DNA of 64,000 bases from Eledone cirrhosa (Eukaryota). The DNA lies in NCBI GenBank assembly GCA_964016885.1, contig OZ024747.1:93372001-93436000 (forward strand), written 5' to 3'. Made by a program: the position numbers and the translations under genes. Shown in pieces: positions 23,572-37,521 of this stretch (position 1 is the stretch's first letter; every line of letters starts with the position of its first letter). The notes beneath the pieces are model-generated. The model saw only the letters and a program-made list of their open reading frames with translations. It searched no databases and was not told where the DNA came from.

Positions 23572-26387
23572 ATCAGAACAACCTGCCATCCCCTGCACAT
23601 AATCATAGACTGGAATCAAAGTACAAACTGTTGTCCTTGAATGCACGTAGTCTATGCAATAAGATTCATCTTTTTGACTCCTATGCCAAAAGTATCAACC
23701 CGGACTTCATTACAGTCACGGAAACTTGGGCACATCCCTTACTCTGTGATGGGGTTTTCAGCATGACTGGCTACAACCTGTTTCGTAAAGACCGTATTAA
23801 TCGTCGTGGTGGTGGTGTAATGGTCTACGTTCGGTCAAATCTGTCGGCAATTCCTTGTGCTGATTTGAACCAATCACAGCAGGAAGTTTTTTTCTGCGAT
23901 ATACGTATGACCATGTCAACACTGCTACTTGGAGTCGTTTACCGTCCCCCAAATTACCATCAGGACACTCAACTTTGTGATATCCTCAGAGCTGCTGCCA
24001 GGAAGACAGCCACTTATGTTTTCATTGCAGGTGACTTATATCACCCTGAGATTGACTGGGAGACCTTTCGTTGGCCGCCAAGTGCAAATGACTTCCTTGA
24101 GCTGGTGCTGGACTCGAGTTGGTCCCAGGTGGTCACCTCCCCAACGAGAGGTGACAACACTTTGGACCTACTCTTCACCACTACTGAAACGGTCATTAGT
24201 GTTACTGCTGAGGAACCTTTCGGTGACTCTGATCATGCTATGATCATTGCCAATCTATCCCTCATGGGCAGTAACAAGAACCACAACCATCTCCAAACTG
24301 CTCACTTTGACTGGAATAAAGCAGACTGGAACTGTTACTGCACCGAGTTGCAACGGCCAAACTGGCTTGAGTTCTATGACTCTGGAGATGTTAACACTGT
24401 ACTCCAGAACATCCTCAGCTCAATATGGACAGCATGTGCAGCATCGGTGCCACGTAAGCGAAAAAAACATCCCAAAAGCGCAATTTGGGAGACTGCAGCA
24501 GTCCGTCTTGCCAGAAAAGAACGGCGCAATGCTGAACGTGAGTACAAACTTCACAAATCAGACATTAATAGGAAGAGGCGAAATAGATCGTCCAACCACC
24601 TCAAACAGGTGACAAAAAAGGCAGTGCTTCAATTTGAGCAGCACATAGCAACCAGCCCTGACAGTAAGGTGTTCTGGAAGTATGTTCACTCAAAGCAGAG
24701 GCCTCACTCTCCAGTTGGTCCTCTTCGCAATCCCCACACAAGCCAGGTTACTGACGACCCCAAGGAATGCGCAGAGCTCATTGCTGAATGCTTTGCAGGC
24801 ATCTTCACTATTGAAGACCAGAGTGTACCATCTCCACCACCTATGACACCGGACTCTATTACAACCATGGAATTTACACCTGCAATGCTGCGACGTCACC
24901 TAAAAAATAAACGCAACCATGCCTCTCCTGGTCTTGATGGTGTTACGTACCTGCTTCTTAAACGTGGTGGGTACTTCCTTCTGCACCAGTTATCACGCTT
25001 CTTCCAATTCTGTCTGAACAACAGTGCTACTCCAGAACAGTGGAAAACTGCCAGTGTCATTCCTCTGTTCAAAAAGGGTGACCGCACATCACCTGTGAAC
25101 TATCGTCCAGTCAGTCTTACTAGTTGTATCGCCAAACTGATGGAATCCTGTGTCAGAGAAACACTTTGGAACTTCTGGAGCTCTCACAGTCTTATCCGGC
25201 CCTCGTAATTTGGATTTATCCCCAACTCCAGCTGCTGTGATCAACTTATAGAGTTTCTTGAGGACATCACCCGGATCACTGATGGCGGCTCATGGGTGGA
25301 TGTTGTTTACCTTGACTTTGCGAAGGCCTTCAATTCTGTGCCACACAAAAGGCTTATGGCAAAACTCTCTGCAATGGGTGTGAAGGATGATCTTTTTAAC
25401 TGGTTGAAGTCCTTCATTCTCAGTCGAAGAGAGGTAGTCACGGTTCTGGGACAGCATTCCTCACCATATGAGATGTCATCTGGTGTACCTCAGGGATCTG
25501 TTCTTGGCCCCCTTTTGTTTGTGGCATATATTGATGACATAGATGCCAACTTAAGGAATGCCACAGTACTAAAGTACGCAGACGACATCAAGCTGTACCT
25601 TGAGATAAAAAGGACAGATCCTGAACACTATAGATCTTGCTTGCAGTCTGACCTGGACACAATGCAACAGTGGATCTCAGACTGGCAACTCAAGCTAGCT
25701 GTGGACAAGTGCACCACCATGCATTTTGGGAGTAAAAACCCAGCGTCCACATACTCCCTCCACAGCACTAATATCAAGAAGTCTTCCTGTGAACGTGACC
25801 TGGGCATTACGGTCAGCAGCGATTTGCGTTGGACGAGGCACATCTCTAAAATTGTCAAGAGGGCCGAGGGTGTCTTAGCATCACTCAGCAAGACCTTTGT
25901 CAGCCGCTCTCCAGATATCTATTTAAGGCTGTATACAGCTATGGTGCGACCACACTTAGAATTTGCATCACCAGTCTGGAACCCCTATCTTGCTCAGGAC
26001 ATTGACCGCCTGGAAACTGTTCAGAGACGTGCAACCAAGCGAATACCCTCCATCAGGCATCTACCATACTCTGAGCGCCTTGCTTCCCTGGGCATGGATT
26101 CATTGAAGCTCCGACGCCTGGCAACTGACTTGGTAAACACCCACAAAATTGTTAACCATGTTGCCAACAACAACCCTGAGTACCTTTTCGATTTCCATAT
26201 GTCTAACACACGTGGACATGCCCACAAAGTAAGAAAACAGCACAGTTCCCATGACTTTCGGAAACATTTTTTCACGCTCAGAGTTACTGAAGAATGGAAC
26301 AAACTACCTGCATCAGTTGTTGGCTGTCGAGACACTGCATCCTTTAAGGCCTCCATGGTTCCCGAGATCCGCCAACAGAACAGCTAA
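23553..26387 (+). pseudogene. LINE ORF2 endonuclease/reverse transcriptase with one nonsense codon at 25206-25208
   Basis: ORF-track pieces 23631-25208 and 25296-26387 are in one frame; the sister copy at 47164-48878 has CAA (RPSQFGF) where this copy has TAA. Confidence 0.9.
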
Positions 26388-26502
26388 CACATACACACAT
26401 GTACTTCCCTGACATTTGTGTATTATTATATGTACTATATTGACGAGTTGTAGTGCACCTGAGCACTTTACACAATAATTTCATTATTATTTTATTATTA
26501 TT

Positions 26503-26942
26503 ATTAACCAGTCTATGTCATATATTCTATAAGATATCATTCTATGTGATATTCTATAACACATTAACCAGTTTGTGATATCTTAATATTCTATGACACA
26601 TTAACCAGTCTTAGTGATATCTTAATATTCTGACACATTAATCAGCTTGTGTGATATTTTAATATTCTATGAGATATCATTCTATGTGATATCTCAATAT
26701 TCTATGTGATATCCTAATATTTATGATACATTAACCAGTCTATATGAAATCTTAATATTATATGACACATTAAACCAGTCTGTGTGATATCTTAATATTC
26801 TATAAGATATCATCATTGTATGTGAAATCTTAATATCCTATGACACATTAAACCGGTTTATGTGATGCTGAGATATTCTATGTGATGTCTTAATATTCTG
26901 TGATACATTAACCAGACTGTGATATTTTAATATTCTATGAGA
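26503..26942 (+). repeat. AT-rich minisatellite (right part of the same array)
   Basis: Same units as 22225-22470. Confidence 0.85.
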
Positions 26943-26944
26943 TA

Positions 26945-27280
26945 GGAAAACAGGGTTCAGATCTCCTCAGGGAATGGTCCAGCTCAGTGTGCAGAAAAGG
27001 AGTAGGTAGAAATTCCATCCTCTGTCCCAAATGCAAACTATGAGTACACAAGAGATGTAATGGGATCTCAGGCAGGCTAACAAAGAATGTAGGTTTTACA
27101 TGTGGCCAGTGCACAGGAGCAGTAAGTAGCAAGAGCTCTCAGGATACAAACTCCTTCAAATGCCCAGAGGGCTCTGTGGAAGTGGTAGATAGTTTCTGTT
27201 ACATGGGTGACCAAATTAGCAGTGGAGGAGGTTGTTCCAAAAGCCAGAGTGAGATCGGGTTGGAGAAAGTTCAGGGAGTT
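26945..27280 (+). mobile_element. Degraded RTE-X-like RT fragment with Cys-rich insert
   Basis: KGVGRNSILCPKCKL*VHKRCNGISGRL...CGQC...VEVVDSFCYMGDQISSGGGC. Confidence 0.65.
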
Positions 27281-27632
27281 ACAGTGTGGACTGGGCACTT
27301 TTGTTGTGGCTCCAGGATGATCACTTTATAGTGTGGATTGGGAACTTGGATGGGATGGGGAATTAGGGAGGTAGGTATAAGGGTGGGATGATTACAGCAA
27401 GGGCAGTGTATTGGAGGGAAGGTAGTGCATACTAGATGTATGCCTGAACTCATGCATATAGGAGGGTGGGTCTTCTGTATTACTGTATAGTGCCAAAGAT
27501 CACGGTCTTATGTCATCGCCTTAGAGAGGTGTAATTGTGCAAAGTCAGCTTTTATCACCTCATCCTAAGTCTTCCTAAGCATGCCCACTCCATGGCTTCA
27601 TCAACTTTGAGTGCTCTGCAAACTTTTTATAC
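27280..27632 (-). mobile_element. RTE-type LINE 3' fragment
   Basis: RKT*DEVIKADFAQLHLSKAMT*DRDLW, homologous to the 12030-12600 copy. Confidence 0.7.
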
Positions 27633-28028
27633 AGGGAGGAAGAACACAGGAGAGTCAATGGCCATCAATAAATTTTTTTTTTTTTGTGTGAAGTGAGAGA
27701 CTCCTAGTCTTCATTAAGACTTCTCTCTAGGAGAAGGTCACTCTGATATAAAACCTGCAACTTTGTTTGCATCCAATGATGTAGACAAGTTCTACTTTTT
27801 GGGAAAATGCATTTGATGTTCAGAGAGTGAGATTGGCCCTGTGAAAAGCCTTTTCTCACTTAAAAAAGCTTCAAGCACAGGCATAGGTTGATATGTGACA
27901 TTTTTGGTGATGCATGGTATTGCTCACCATAGGAGGACTAAAAAGCCACATCTGTGATGCTCATGGTTAAGTATCAAGTGATGACATTAAACACTTGGAA
28001 TCGAGTTACAGCCATCATGTTATATATA

Positions 28029-28220
<192 letters not shown>

Positions 28221-28310
28221 AAGGTGTGTGTTGTCAGTCTTCAAATAATATTGTACAAAAAAAAAAAGAAGAAAAAAAAATTACATTATCTCTGAAGGAA
28301 AATGTTTGCG

Positions 28311-28348
<38 letters not shown>

Positions 28349-28727
28349 CTATCAAGGGCTTTATATTTGTTGCTGGAAATAGACTAGGGAGTCTCCTAGA
28401 TTCTGTCTAATTCTAAAACATCTATAGTGTTCATTTTTGTTTATTTAGTTTGTCTTCACTGTGGAATTATATGAATAGTTATTTTTGACATGTATTTTGG
28501 CAAAGCTAGCAGTGTGAATTAGTATTGACAATAAAGAGAACTTTTATTGCTGCTGTTGTTGTTGCTTGGCTTCAGATCAACGCTGATGAAGCAGACCTAT
28601 GATCAAATAGATTTTCTACAGTGATCATCTTGTTTTATAGGTATAATGTATCTTGAAACACAATATAAGACAGAGTCAGTGGAGTATGATTTGATGGGAT
28701 TTTGTTGCTATTTAGATACTGTGGAAA

Positions 28728-28768
<41 letters not shown>

Positions 28769-29136
28769 GAAAAATTGAACAGGGACAGAACAGAGAGGCA
28801 GTACGACAAATGTTTATTAAATTCACGCTCAGGAGAGTGGGGGTAGGTGGGATATTATATATATATTATATATATATATACATATATATTATATATATAT
28901 ATACATATATATTATATATATATGCCATATTTTTAATATGGTATCCCTGAAATATGTATAATGAAATAAATATGGTTTTATAAATATAGTTGTTTAATAT
29001 CGTATATCTACTCCAAAAACTTGTCGAGTGCTTTATATCAGTTATAAAATATTTACTTGTTGTAACCCAACAATTTTAAATAAAACTTTTGCATATATAT
29101 TATATATATATATATTTATTATAATTATGTGTGTGA

Positions 29137-29395
29137 AGGCACGTAGCTTAGTGGTAAGGGTGTTGGACTTATGATCATAATGCTGTGGGTATGATTCCTG
29201 GGATGTGTGTTGTGTTCTTGAGCAAAACACTTCATTTCACGTTGTTCCAGTTTACTCAGCTGAAAATGAGTACCAGTAATAGCTGGGGCTTTAACCCTGC
29301 GATGGACTGGCGTCCTGTCCAGGGGAAAGTCTTGTACTCTCAGTCACTTCACGCCATGAAACTGGGATAAGCACCAGCCAAATGAGCTTTCTGGC
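29137..29395 (+). mobile_element. SINE family 2, alternative tail
   Basis: Same head and core followed by aaccctgcgatggactggcgtcctgtccagggg. Confidence 0.8.
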
Positions 29396-30084
29396 TTAAG
29401 ACACACACACATATATATATATACATATATATATTGAGATATCAGACAGACTGGTTAATGTATACAGAATATCACATAGAATGATGATGATAATCATCAT
29501 CATCATTTAACATCCGTTTCCACGCTAGCATGGGTAGGACGGTCTGACTTGTTGTGACAGATCTAGCTCGAAGAACCATATCATATATAAATATAGTAAA
29601 ATAAAAAAATATACAATATCTATTTATACATAGTATATATTATATTATTCATTATATATAAATTAATGATTTTATTTACTATATATTATTTACAATTTGC
29701 GTGTTGGCAGGTCTCTCTGGGAATAGGGTTGGGGATGCTGAGGGTATTACATGGCCACGAGGGGTGGGAGTGGCGTGGCCTAAAGAGTTTGAGAACCTCT
29801 GGTCTAGCAGAATTACAAGCTAACTAAACTTTCACTAATTATGCAGAACAAGCTGTTGGATTGCCAGCTGAAGAGACACGAGTTCAAATTCTCTGCAGCT
29901 AGTGTTTGGACAGAACTTTTAATTCTATATTTGCCTAGTTCACCAAGCTGTTGGGAATAATTAGACAGAATAATTGGGCAAAAATTACCCAGGGACGTCA
30001 GCTGCTTTAAAACTTAATAGTAAGTGGATACTAACATAATTGATGTAGTTAGTAATGAAATCTTAATTAAAATTACACATTTAC

Positions 30085-30652
30085 TAATAATAATGAAATT
30101 ATTGTGTACAGTGCTCAGGTGCACTACAACTCGTCAAAGGTGCATGTATAGTACATAGAATAATATAAAAATGTCAGGGAAGTGAATAGTGTATGAGTCA
30201 TGATATACATGTGTGTGTGTGTATGGAGGGGGAATATTAGGTGTAGTGTTGGCGAATCTCAGGAAGCATGGAGGTTTTAAAGGATGCAGTGTCTCAACAG
30301 CTAATAACTGATGCAGGTAGTTTGTTCCATGCTTCAGCAATTATGAGCGTGAAAAAATGTTTCCGAAAGTCATGGGAGTTGTGCTGTTTTCTGACTTTGT
30401 GGGCATGCCCACGTGTGTTAGACACATGGAAATCAAAAAGGTGCTCGGGGTTGTTGTTGGCGAGATGGTTAATAATTTTGTGGGTGTTTACCAAGTCAGT
30501 TGCCAGACATTGGAGCTTCAATGTATCCATGCCCAGAAAAGCAAAGCATTCATTGTATGGTAGATGCCTGATGGAGGGTATTTGCTTGGCTACACGTCTC
30601 TGAACAGTTTCCAGGCGGTCAATGTTCTGAGCAAGATAGGGGTTCCAGACTG
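30085..30652 (-). mobile_element. 5'-truncated CR1-group LINE copy
   Basis: [19 protein letters not shown]...; same 3' UTR and tail. Confidence 0.9.
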
Positions 30653-31060
30653 TTAGTGATAAGAACAACTGTTATCTAAATTTGAGACAACCATGACGTA
30701 TTAATTGGTTAACATTAATTAAACATGGAATGTAGTGGGGAATGATTGTGATATTTAACAGCATGTTGACAATTCTGAACATATTTCAATCATCAGAGAA
30801 GTGTAGTGTAGATAGACTAGAAATATATGATATGTTTTTGGCAGGATTGAGGAGTGAGGTGGGGGTGGGGGGTTAACAACTTTTAAAAAATAACAGCAGG
30901 AAAATTATCTGGGAACATCTTCACCAAACCCAATTATTCCCTTCAACATAAATCCCTAATCTATTAATTAGGGATCAGCTTTGAGGATTCAATCAGTTGT
31001 AATTCTTAAGGCTCTATATTTACCTTCAACAATCCCACTTATGATTATCATCATTAAATG

Positions 31061-31345
31061 TCCATCTTCCTTGCTAGTAATGGTTGGAGAGATAATCACA
31101 GACTAAGACAGGACTCAAGTACTGTTACCTTCCATCTTCCTTGTTAGCAATTGTTAGACAGGTTATTATCGACTAAGACAGGACTCAAGTAGCGTTACCT
31201 TCCATCTTCCTTGTTAGCAATGATTAGACAGGTTATCACAGACTAAGACAGGTCTCAAGTGGTGTTACTGTTACGGTCCATCTTCCTCGTTAACAATGGT
31301 TGGTCAGATTATCACAGACTAAGTCAGTACTTAAGTGGCATTACC
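31061..31345 (+). repeat. About 70-bp tandem repeat, 4 copies, just downstream of the MARS2 stop
   Basis: tccatcttcc at 31061, 31131, 31201, 31277. Confidence 0.85.
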
Positions 31346-31487
31346 TATTAAATCTGAGAGAGATTTAATGGGTTATGGATGTCATCTCTGCTATGTTTCA
31401 GAGAAGCTGACAAACAACCCAAAAAGAAAAAGAAAGAAAGAAAGAAATATTTAGAAATCCAGATGATTTAAATAAATTGAAATATTG

Positions 31488-31837
31488 TTAGAATTTTATT
31501 CGTTTCAGCAAAATGCTGCTATGGTTTCCTAAAGGTTGTTCAGTTTGTTGTTGGCATGAAATATCATCCCAAGTTCGGTTTTCTGGAGGGACACCTAATC
31601 TATTTAGAAGTTTGTCAGAAAGATCTGGAATAACAGGTGATAGCAACAAAGAACAAACACGTAATGTTTCCATAGTGACATGCAACAAAGTGTTGAGATG
31701 CTCTTTCTGTTTGCAGTCTTTCGCCAATTTCCAAGGTTTGTGGTCTTCCATTAGTGCATTTGCCCAATGTAGGGTTGCACTGATCTTCTCCAGAGACTTG
31801 TATATTGCAAATCTTGAATTGTTTAGGTCAACATAAT
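31488..31837 (-). CDS. MARS2: MARS2 exon 12 (terminal coding exon)
   Basis: [37 protein letters not shown]...[26 protein letters not shown]...KRIKF*; ttag acceptor. Confidence 0.93.
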
Positions 31838-34800
31838 CTAAAAAGATAAAATAACAGAAATCATGGCCTTCGTCATTAAAAATTAAAGTTGGTCTTAAGG
31901 GAATCTAAATGTAGAAATATGATGTGCCAGATGAAAAGTGATATATATAACAGGCTTGCACAGTTTCAAAAAGCTGAAACAGTTATATTTGTTTGAATGG
32001 GAAAATGTTATGGGTCACAATGGATTTAAAAATAAAATAAATGGCCATTTTAAACATTTCTATTTATAATAATTAATTTGGATAGAAAACAAAAGAGAGG
32101 ATTTTGAGCTTAACATTTCATTCTTTACTCATATGTATGTAATATAAATAAATGTCTCCAGTGTCCCCAAGAGGACATTTAAGGTCTCATACTTAATACT
32201 AAAGTCACAAATTGGCAGAGATGATATGGCATCAGATTTAATGTTGCAGTATTTGTTTGAGTTCAAATCCTGCTAAAGTCATCTATGATTTTCATCCTTT
32301 TGGGTTTAATAAATAAAATATCAGTTCAAGGGTGGTAGACTTGCAGATTTATTAGAGTCAGATGGAATGCTTTGTAGTATCTGGTCCAGCTTTGTGTGCT
32401 CAGAGTTCAAATCCCACCTCTTTCTGTCAGGAGTTGCAGCTGGCAGATATTAGCAATGGAAACATCAAAGGAAACATTGTTTGCTTGATCTGATCTAGTT
32501 TCATGACAATAGGCAGATAAGATATAACCCAACTCTTAAATAGGCAGTGAATCTCTATATAAATTTGAGCAACTTCCATCTGTCTGTCCGTCCGTTCATC
32601 TATCCTTCCATCACACAATGATTGAGGAAGGAAGGGGTGATGACATCACGCACTAGAGATGGTTGAGAAAGGAAGGGGTAATGATGCATGGTTTCTATAG
32701 TTGGATGACCTTCTTGATGCCAACTACTTCATGGCAAAAACTGGCTTTGATTTCTCATAGTGCCACCACTACCACCTATCATAATGGACTGGGTGCTTTT
32801 GTTGTGGCACCAGCACTACCATTTTACAGAGTGGACTGGGTGTATTTCATCGTGGCACCAGCACTACCACATTACAGAGTGGACTGGGTGTATTTTGTGG
32901 CATCAGCACTACTACTTTACAATGTAGACTGTGTGTGTTTTATAGTGGCATTAGCACTACTTCTTTACAGAGGGGACTGGGTGTATTTTATTGTGGCACC
33001 AGCACTACCACTTCACAGAGGGGACCGGGTGTATTTTATTGTGGCACCAGCACTACCACTTTACAGAGTGGACTTGGTATATTTTATTGTGGTATCAGCA
33101 CTACTACTTTACAGAGTGGACTGGGTGTATTTTATTGTGACATCAGCACTACTACTTTACAGAGTGGACTGGGTGTATTTTATTGTGGCATCAGCACTAC
33201 TACTTTACAGAGTGGACTGGGTGTATTTTATTGTGGCACCAGCACTACCACTTTACAGAGTGGACTTGGTATATTTTATTGTGGCATCAGCACTACTACT
33301 TTACAGAGTGGACTGGGTGTATTTTATTGTGGCACCAGCACTACCACTTTACAGAGTGGACTGGGTGTATTTTATTGTGACATTAGCACTACTACTTTAT
33401 TTCAGGAAGAAATCTACTTCTGTCAAACCTTTGCAAAGTTTGCCATCAAATTAATCTTGCTGGGGATTATAGTCTTGGTATTAATTAAGGAACATGGAAT
33501 AGGATAAGAAACTTTTAAAGAAGGGGTTAATCTCTAATTAAACAAATTTTTGAAGGGAATTATATATATACACATACACACACATATATAGGTATGTATG
33601 CATGTGTATGTGTGTCTATATATTAAAAACACCCAACTTTATATATTCATATATATATACAGAGAGAGAGAGAGAGAGTACAATTCACTTTGCATAAATG
33701 CATCTATACAAACACCCAAATGTGTATGTATATATGTGTGTGTGTGTATATATATATATATATTATATATATATATATACACATAAAGTGGTTTAGGAGA
33801 CCTTTCCAATTGCATATTTATATTAAATTATTAATTATAATTGGTCTCTCGTTTTTGTTTTTAATAATTTACTTGGTGGTGTCGGTAGTGATGTTGGTGG
33901 TGGTGGTGGTGATGCCGGTGGTGGTGGTGGTGATAGTGGCTGTAATGGTGATGGTTGTACTGGTACTTGTGTTGGGAGTGCTGGTACTGGTGGAGGAGGA
34001 GGTGGTGGTGGTTTCAGCAGTAGTATTAGTGGAGAGGAAGAGAACTATTGTAGTAGCAGCAGTCGTAATGATTATATCACCGTGTGCTGAAGAAACAAGA
34101 CACCACTTGTTAGCTTCTAGAAGGAAACACTTGATGTGTATGGACAATGAATGGTTACTCAGAGTAGCAGTAAAGATATTGCCAACCTCTAAGAATATTG
34201 CCAACAAAAATGATAGCAGCAACAAGATAAAATATAATAACAGATTGTGAGTCAGTAACAAAATATGATATAGTGGCGATGTATTTGTTTTGCAAGGTTT
34301 TTTATATGAAATCTTGTATTGAAACAAATATTGTTATATTTGGGGAGGGCCATGTTGTCCTAATATTGGCAGAATGGGTAGCTTTTGACAGGGCTTGCAA
34401 AATTTTACATTGTTGTTCATAAATTTCATTTCGGGATATTTCTATGGCTAGATCCCCTTCCTACCATTAACCCCTTTATAAAGTGAACTGGGTTCATTTG
34501 ATATTTGATCATGTCTCTAATACTAAAGAATTTGCACTATAAGGAAGGACTGAAGAGTCTTCTCTACTCTGTGATGTTTCTTATCCAGAGTTACTGCCCT
34601 CCTAGACAGGAAGACTGCAATGTGGATTGTGAAGTCTATGTCTGCCATTTAGGCAAGTTTTCTATGGCTGCCATTTAGGTAAGTTTTCTATGGCTGTGTG
34701 TTATTCCTATCATCAAGAAAGAGAGAAAATAATACTTCTACCTACAATCTGTGTCTATAATTGAAATCCTGATGATAGGGGTTGATGTTGTTTCATCTTA

Positions 34801-37490
34801 GGTCAGAATTATAATCACAGACATTCTGGCCATGAGCATCCTGTCTTTTATTTTTATCAGACATAAAATATATCTAGGACTACATTAAACAATGTGTTCT
34901 TTTTTTAAGAGAATAGGGTGTGATTTGAAGGACATTTAGCTGCTATTTCTGTTTTGTGATGATGTTGACAACAGAAGAGTGATGATAGAAATAACAACAA
35001 TAACATTAATATTAATGAAAAAGTCACTCAATAACAATAGTTATTAGTATATACCGATTAGGGGTCAGTCAATCTACAGGTTTGCTTTACATCTTTGAAA
35101 AAAGAACTTCTCTGCTAACCTCAGAGGAGATATCTTGGCTACAACTGCTTAACCCTTTAGCATTTAAACTGACCATATCCGGCCAGAATTCTCTCACCTC
35201 TTTCTGTTAAAACCGACAGTAACCAGCCACTCATACTGATGTTGAGGTAGTGTTCTCAAAATATATATCAAAATCTCATAGCTTTGATATTATGTGAGAT
35301 AAAACCTTTTCTGTGAAAATACAATAGTATATATAGCGTAATGTAAATGCTAATGGGTTAATTTTCTCAGCAACTGTCAAGGAGGTTTTCAAGTAAATGA
35401 GGCTATTTGTGAAAATCCATATCTTGATTCAAATCCAAGTCTCCTTGTTTGTGGTCTTGTTAGAAGTTAGAAGATATATTACAAGAAGATTGGAGAAGAG
35501 AGAGATGAAATGTAACACTTACTAGGCAGATCTTGTAGTTGATAAAATGTCTGTTGGGCTTCAGCTGAGAAGCAAGTTTTAAAAGCCACTTTGTCTAAGG
35601 CAGGAAATATTTGTGCTGGGTTGACGCTAAATGATGTACACCTGCTCAAAAGGTTGCCCAGTGTGTTGACAACCTCACTATTCACACATTCCACCATTTT
35701 CTGTTCACTGAAATCTGCAATGAAAATAAATAAATAAAAGCTGTTTGTAATCAAGGATTTATTTATCCTAAAAAAGAATTATAAATGAGAATTAAACATC
35801 TTAACCCTTTCATGACCACATTTCTAATGAAACACATTCTGTTTTGATTAATTAACAAAGAATTTAGAGGGATTTATTAAAATTATCAATTATTTTATTA
35901 CTAAGAAAGTAACTTCATGTAAGGTTTATATAAAATTATGTTGGAAGATTTTAATATAAATTGGAAACCTTTCAAATGGGTGACTTTATTTCATAGAACC
36001 AGAGCCGGTTTTGGCCAGTAAGCCATGTCAGTGTATACAAGTGTGATTCTTAATTTAGTCATTTTATTGTGCCTGTGATTTATTTTTATCTCTAGTTTAG
36101 AAATTCAGAAAGATTTCTGCTTTCTAACCAAAGTCTCTCCAAAACAATGTTTTTATTTTGTTTGCTTTTTTCTATTACCAATAAACAACAAAACATCTAC
36201 ATCATCATCAATGTTAGACGGGTTGTCCCATTTGAGGCAAGTTGGGTCAGGTGACCGTGTCCATCCTGCTCATACAAAACTGTTTCTGGCTAGATTTCTA
36301 CAGCTGGATTCCCTTCCTAATGCCAACCACAGTAGAGCTAAATTGAAGACTATTGACTCATAACCACCAGGTCAGTTAGTAATTCTTCCTTGAAACACAC
36401 CTTACCATTTTAAAAGATTGGAAGGACACATTGCAGATACAGTCATCATTATAATTGCTGCAGTTGCCACCACTACCATTCTTACTTTACAGCTAAAGTA
36501 CAAAGATTAAGATTTTGTAAGGCAAGGAATATATATGTTTTCACTTTCATAGCTTATTTTATGGACATTAGTAACATAAGTGAGACAAGATGGCTACCAC
36601 TAGGAATGCAAACCAGATTATCGACTTTGCTTACCAAAAGTTTCTTTGTTTTTTGAACCATTGTTTTGTTTTTTAAGGATGGCTTTAACTAAATGTCTTC
36701 TATGAGAAAATTTACGTTTTATATTTAGCACACAATGAAAGAAATAAGCACTTACTGTTATCAGAATGGGGGACACCTTCTTTGAGCAAGAAATAACGTA
36801 GTGCATCTGGAGTGTATCTGGACATCAACACCATGGGGTCAACTACATTACCTTTAGATTTTGACATCTGATAAAATGAAAACATCAAGAAAATATTTTT
36901 CAACCCAGAAGCTAGTTTATGGAAACAAGCAGAACTTTCTATCACTACTTGAGAATAGAAATAATAAGGATTTTAATTTTTTGTTTTTTTGTGGGGCATT
37001 GTAAATTGTAAATTTTAAAAAAAGGGTAAATAGGATGATGTAATGTTCATATCTATCTTAGGTTAAATTGAAGTTATACAAGTGGATGTAGTTCTAACTG
37101 GGTCTAAAACCTAAGTTTTCTGAGAACTTAACACCCATATAATAGTATTCAACATGGAAAAACACAATTAAAAAAAAAACACACAAACACACACAGAGCC
37201 TGGCCATCTCCAAGTTTGAACACAGCCAATTTATTTCACAGAGTGAGAGAAAGGAAGTGATGGAGAATCAACCCCAGTACTGAACTGGTATTTTCTTTTA
37301 TCAACCTCTAAAGAATGAAAGGCAAAGATGATTTCAGCAGGATCTGAACTCAGAGCACAGGCAGACAGAACAAACATGACAAAGCATTTTATCTGACATT
37401 TTAATGACATCACCTATTCACTGCCTCAGCAGAAATGCAAAACATCTCAATTCCAGAAGAATTGTTTACAAAGTCCTTGTAACTAAATTG

Positions 37491-37521
<31 letters not shown>

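Larger units (their letters stand above)
22471..26505 (+). mobile_element. Near-complete CR1-group LINE (ORF1 + APE/RT ORF2 + 3' UTR + (ATT)n tail), 5'-truncated inside ORF1
   Basis: ORF2 has APE motifs (LNARSL, VTETW, YRPP, LDLLF, SDH) and RT motifs ([48 protein letters not shown]); 3' end GTAGTGCACCTGAGCAC..ACACAATAATTTC(ATT)n. Confidence 0.95.

Noticed and set aside
32785-33398. CRISPR-like regular repeat
   Set aside because: Head-to-tail units with no unique spacers, no cas genes, eukaryotic context.
32663-33507. 263-aa and 190-aa ORFs with 16-aa repeats ([16 protein letters not shown])
   Set aside because: Translation of a 48-bp minisatellite whose unit length is a multiple of 3; antisense in a MARS2 intron.
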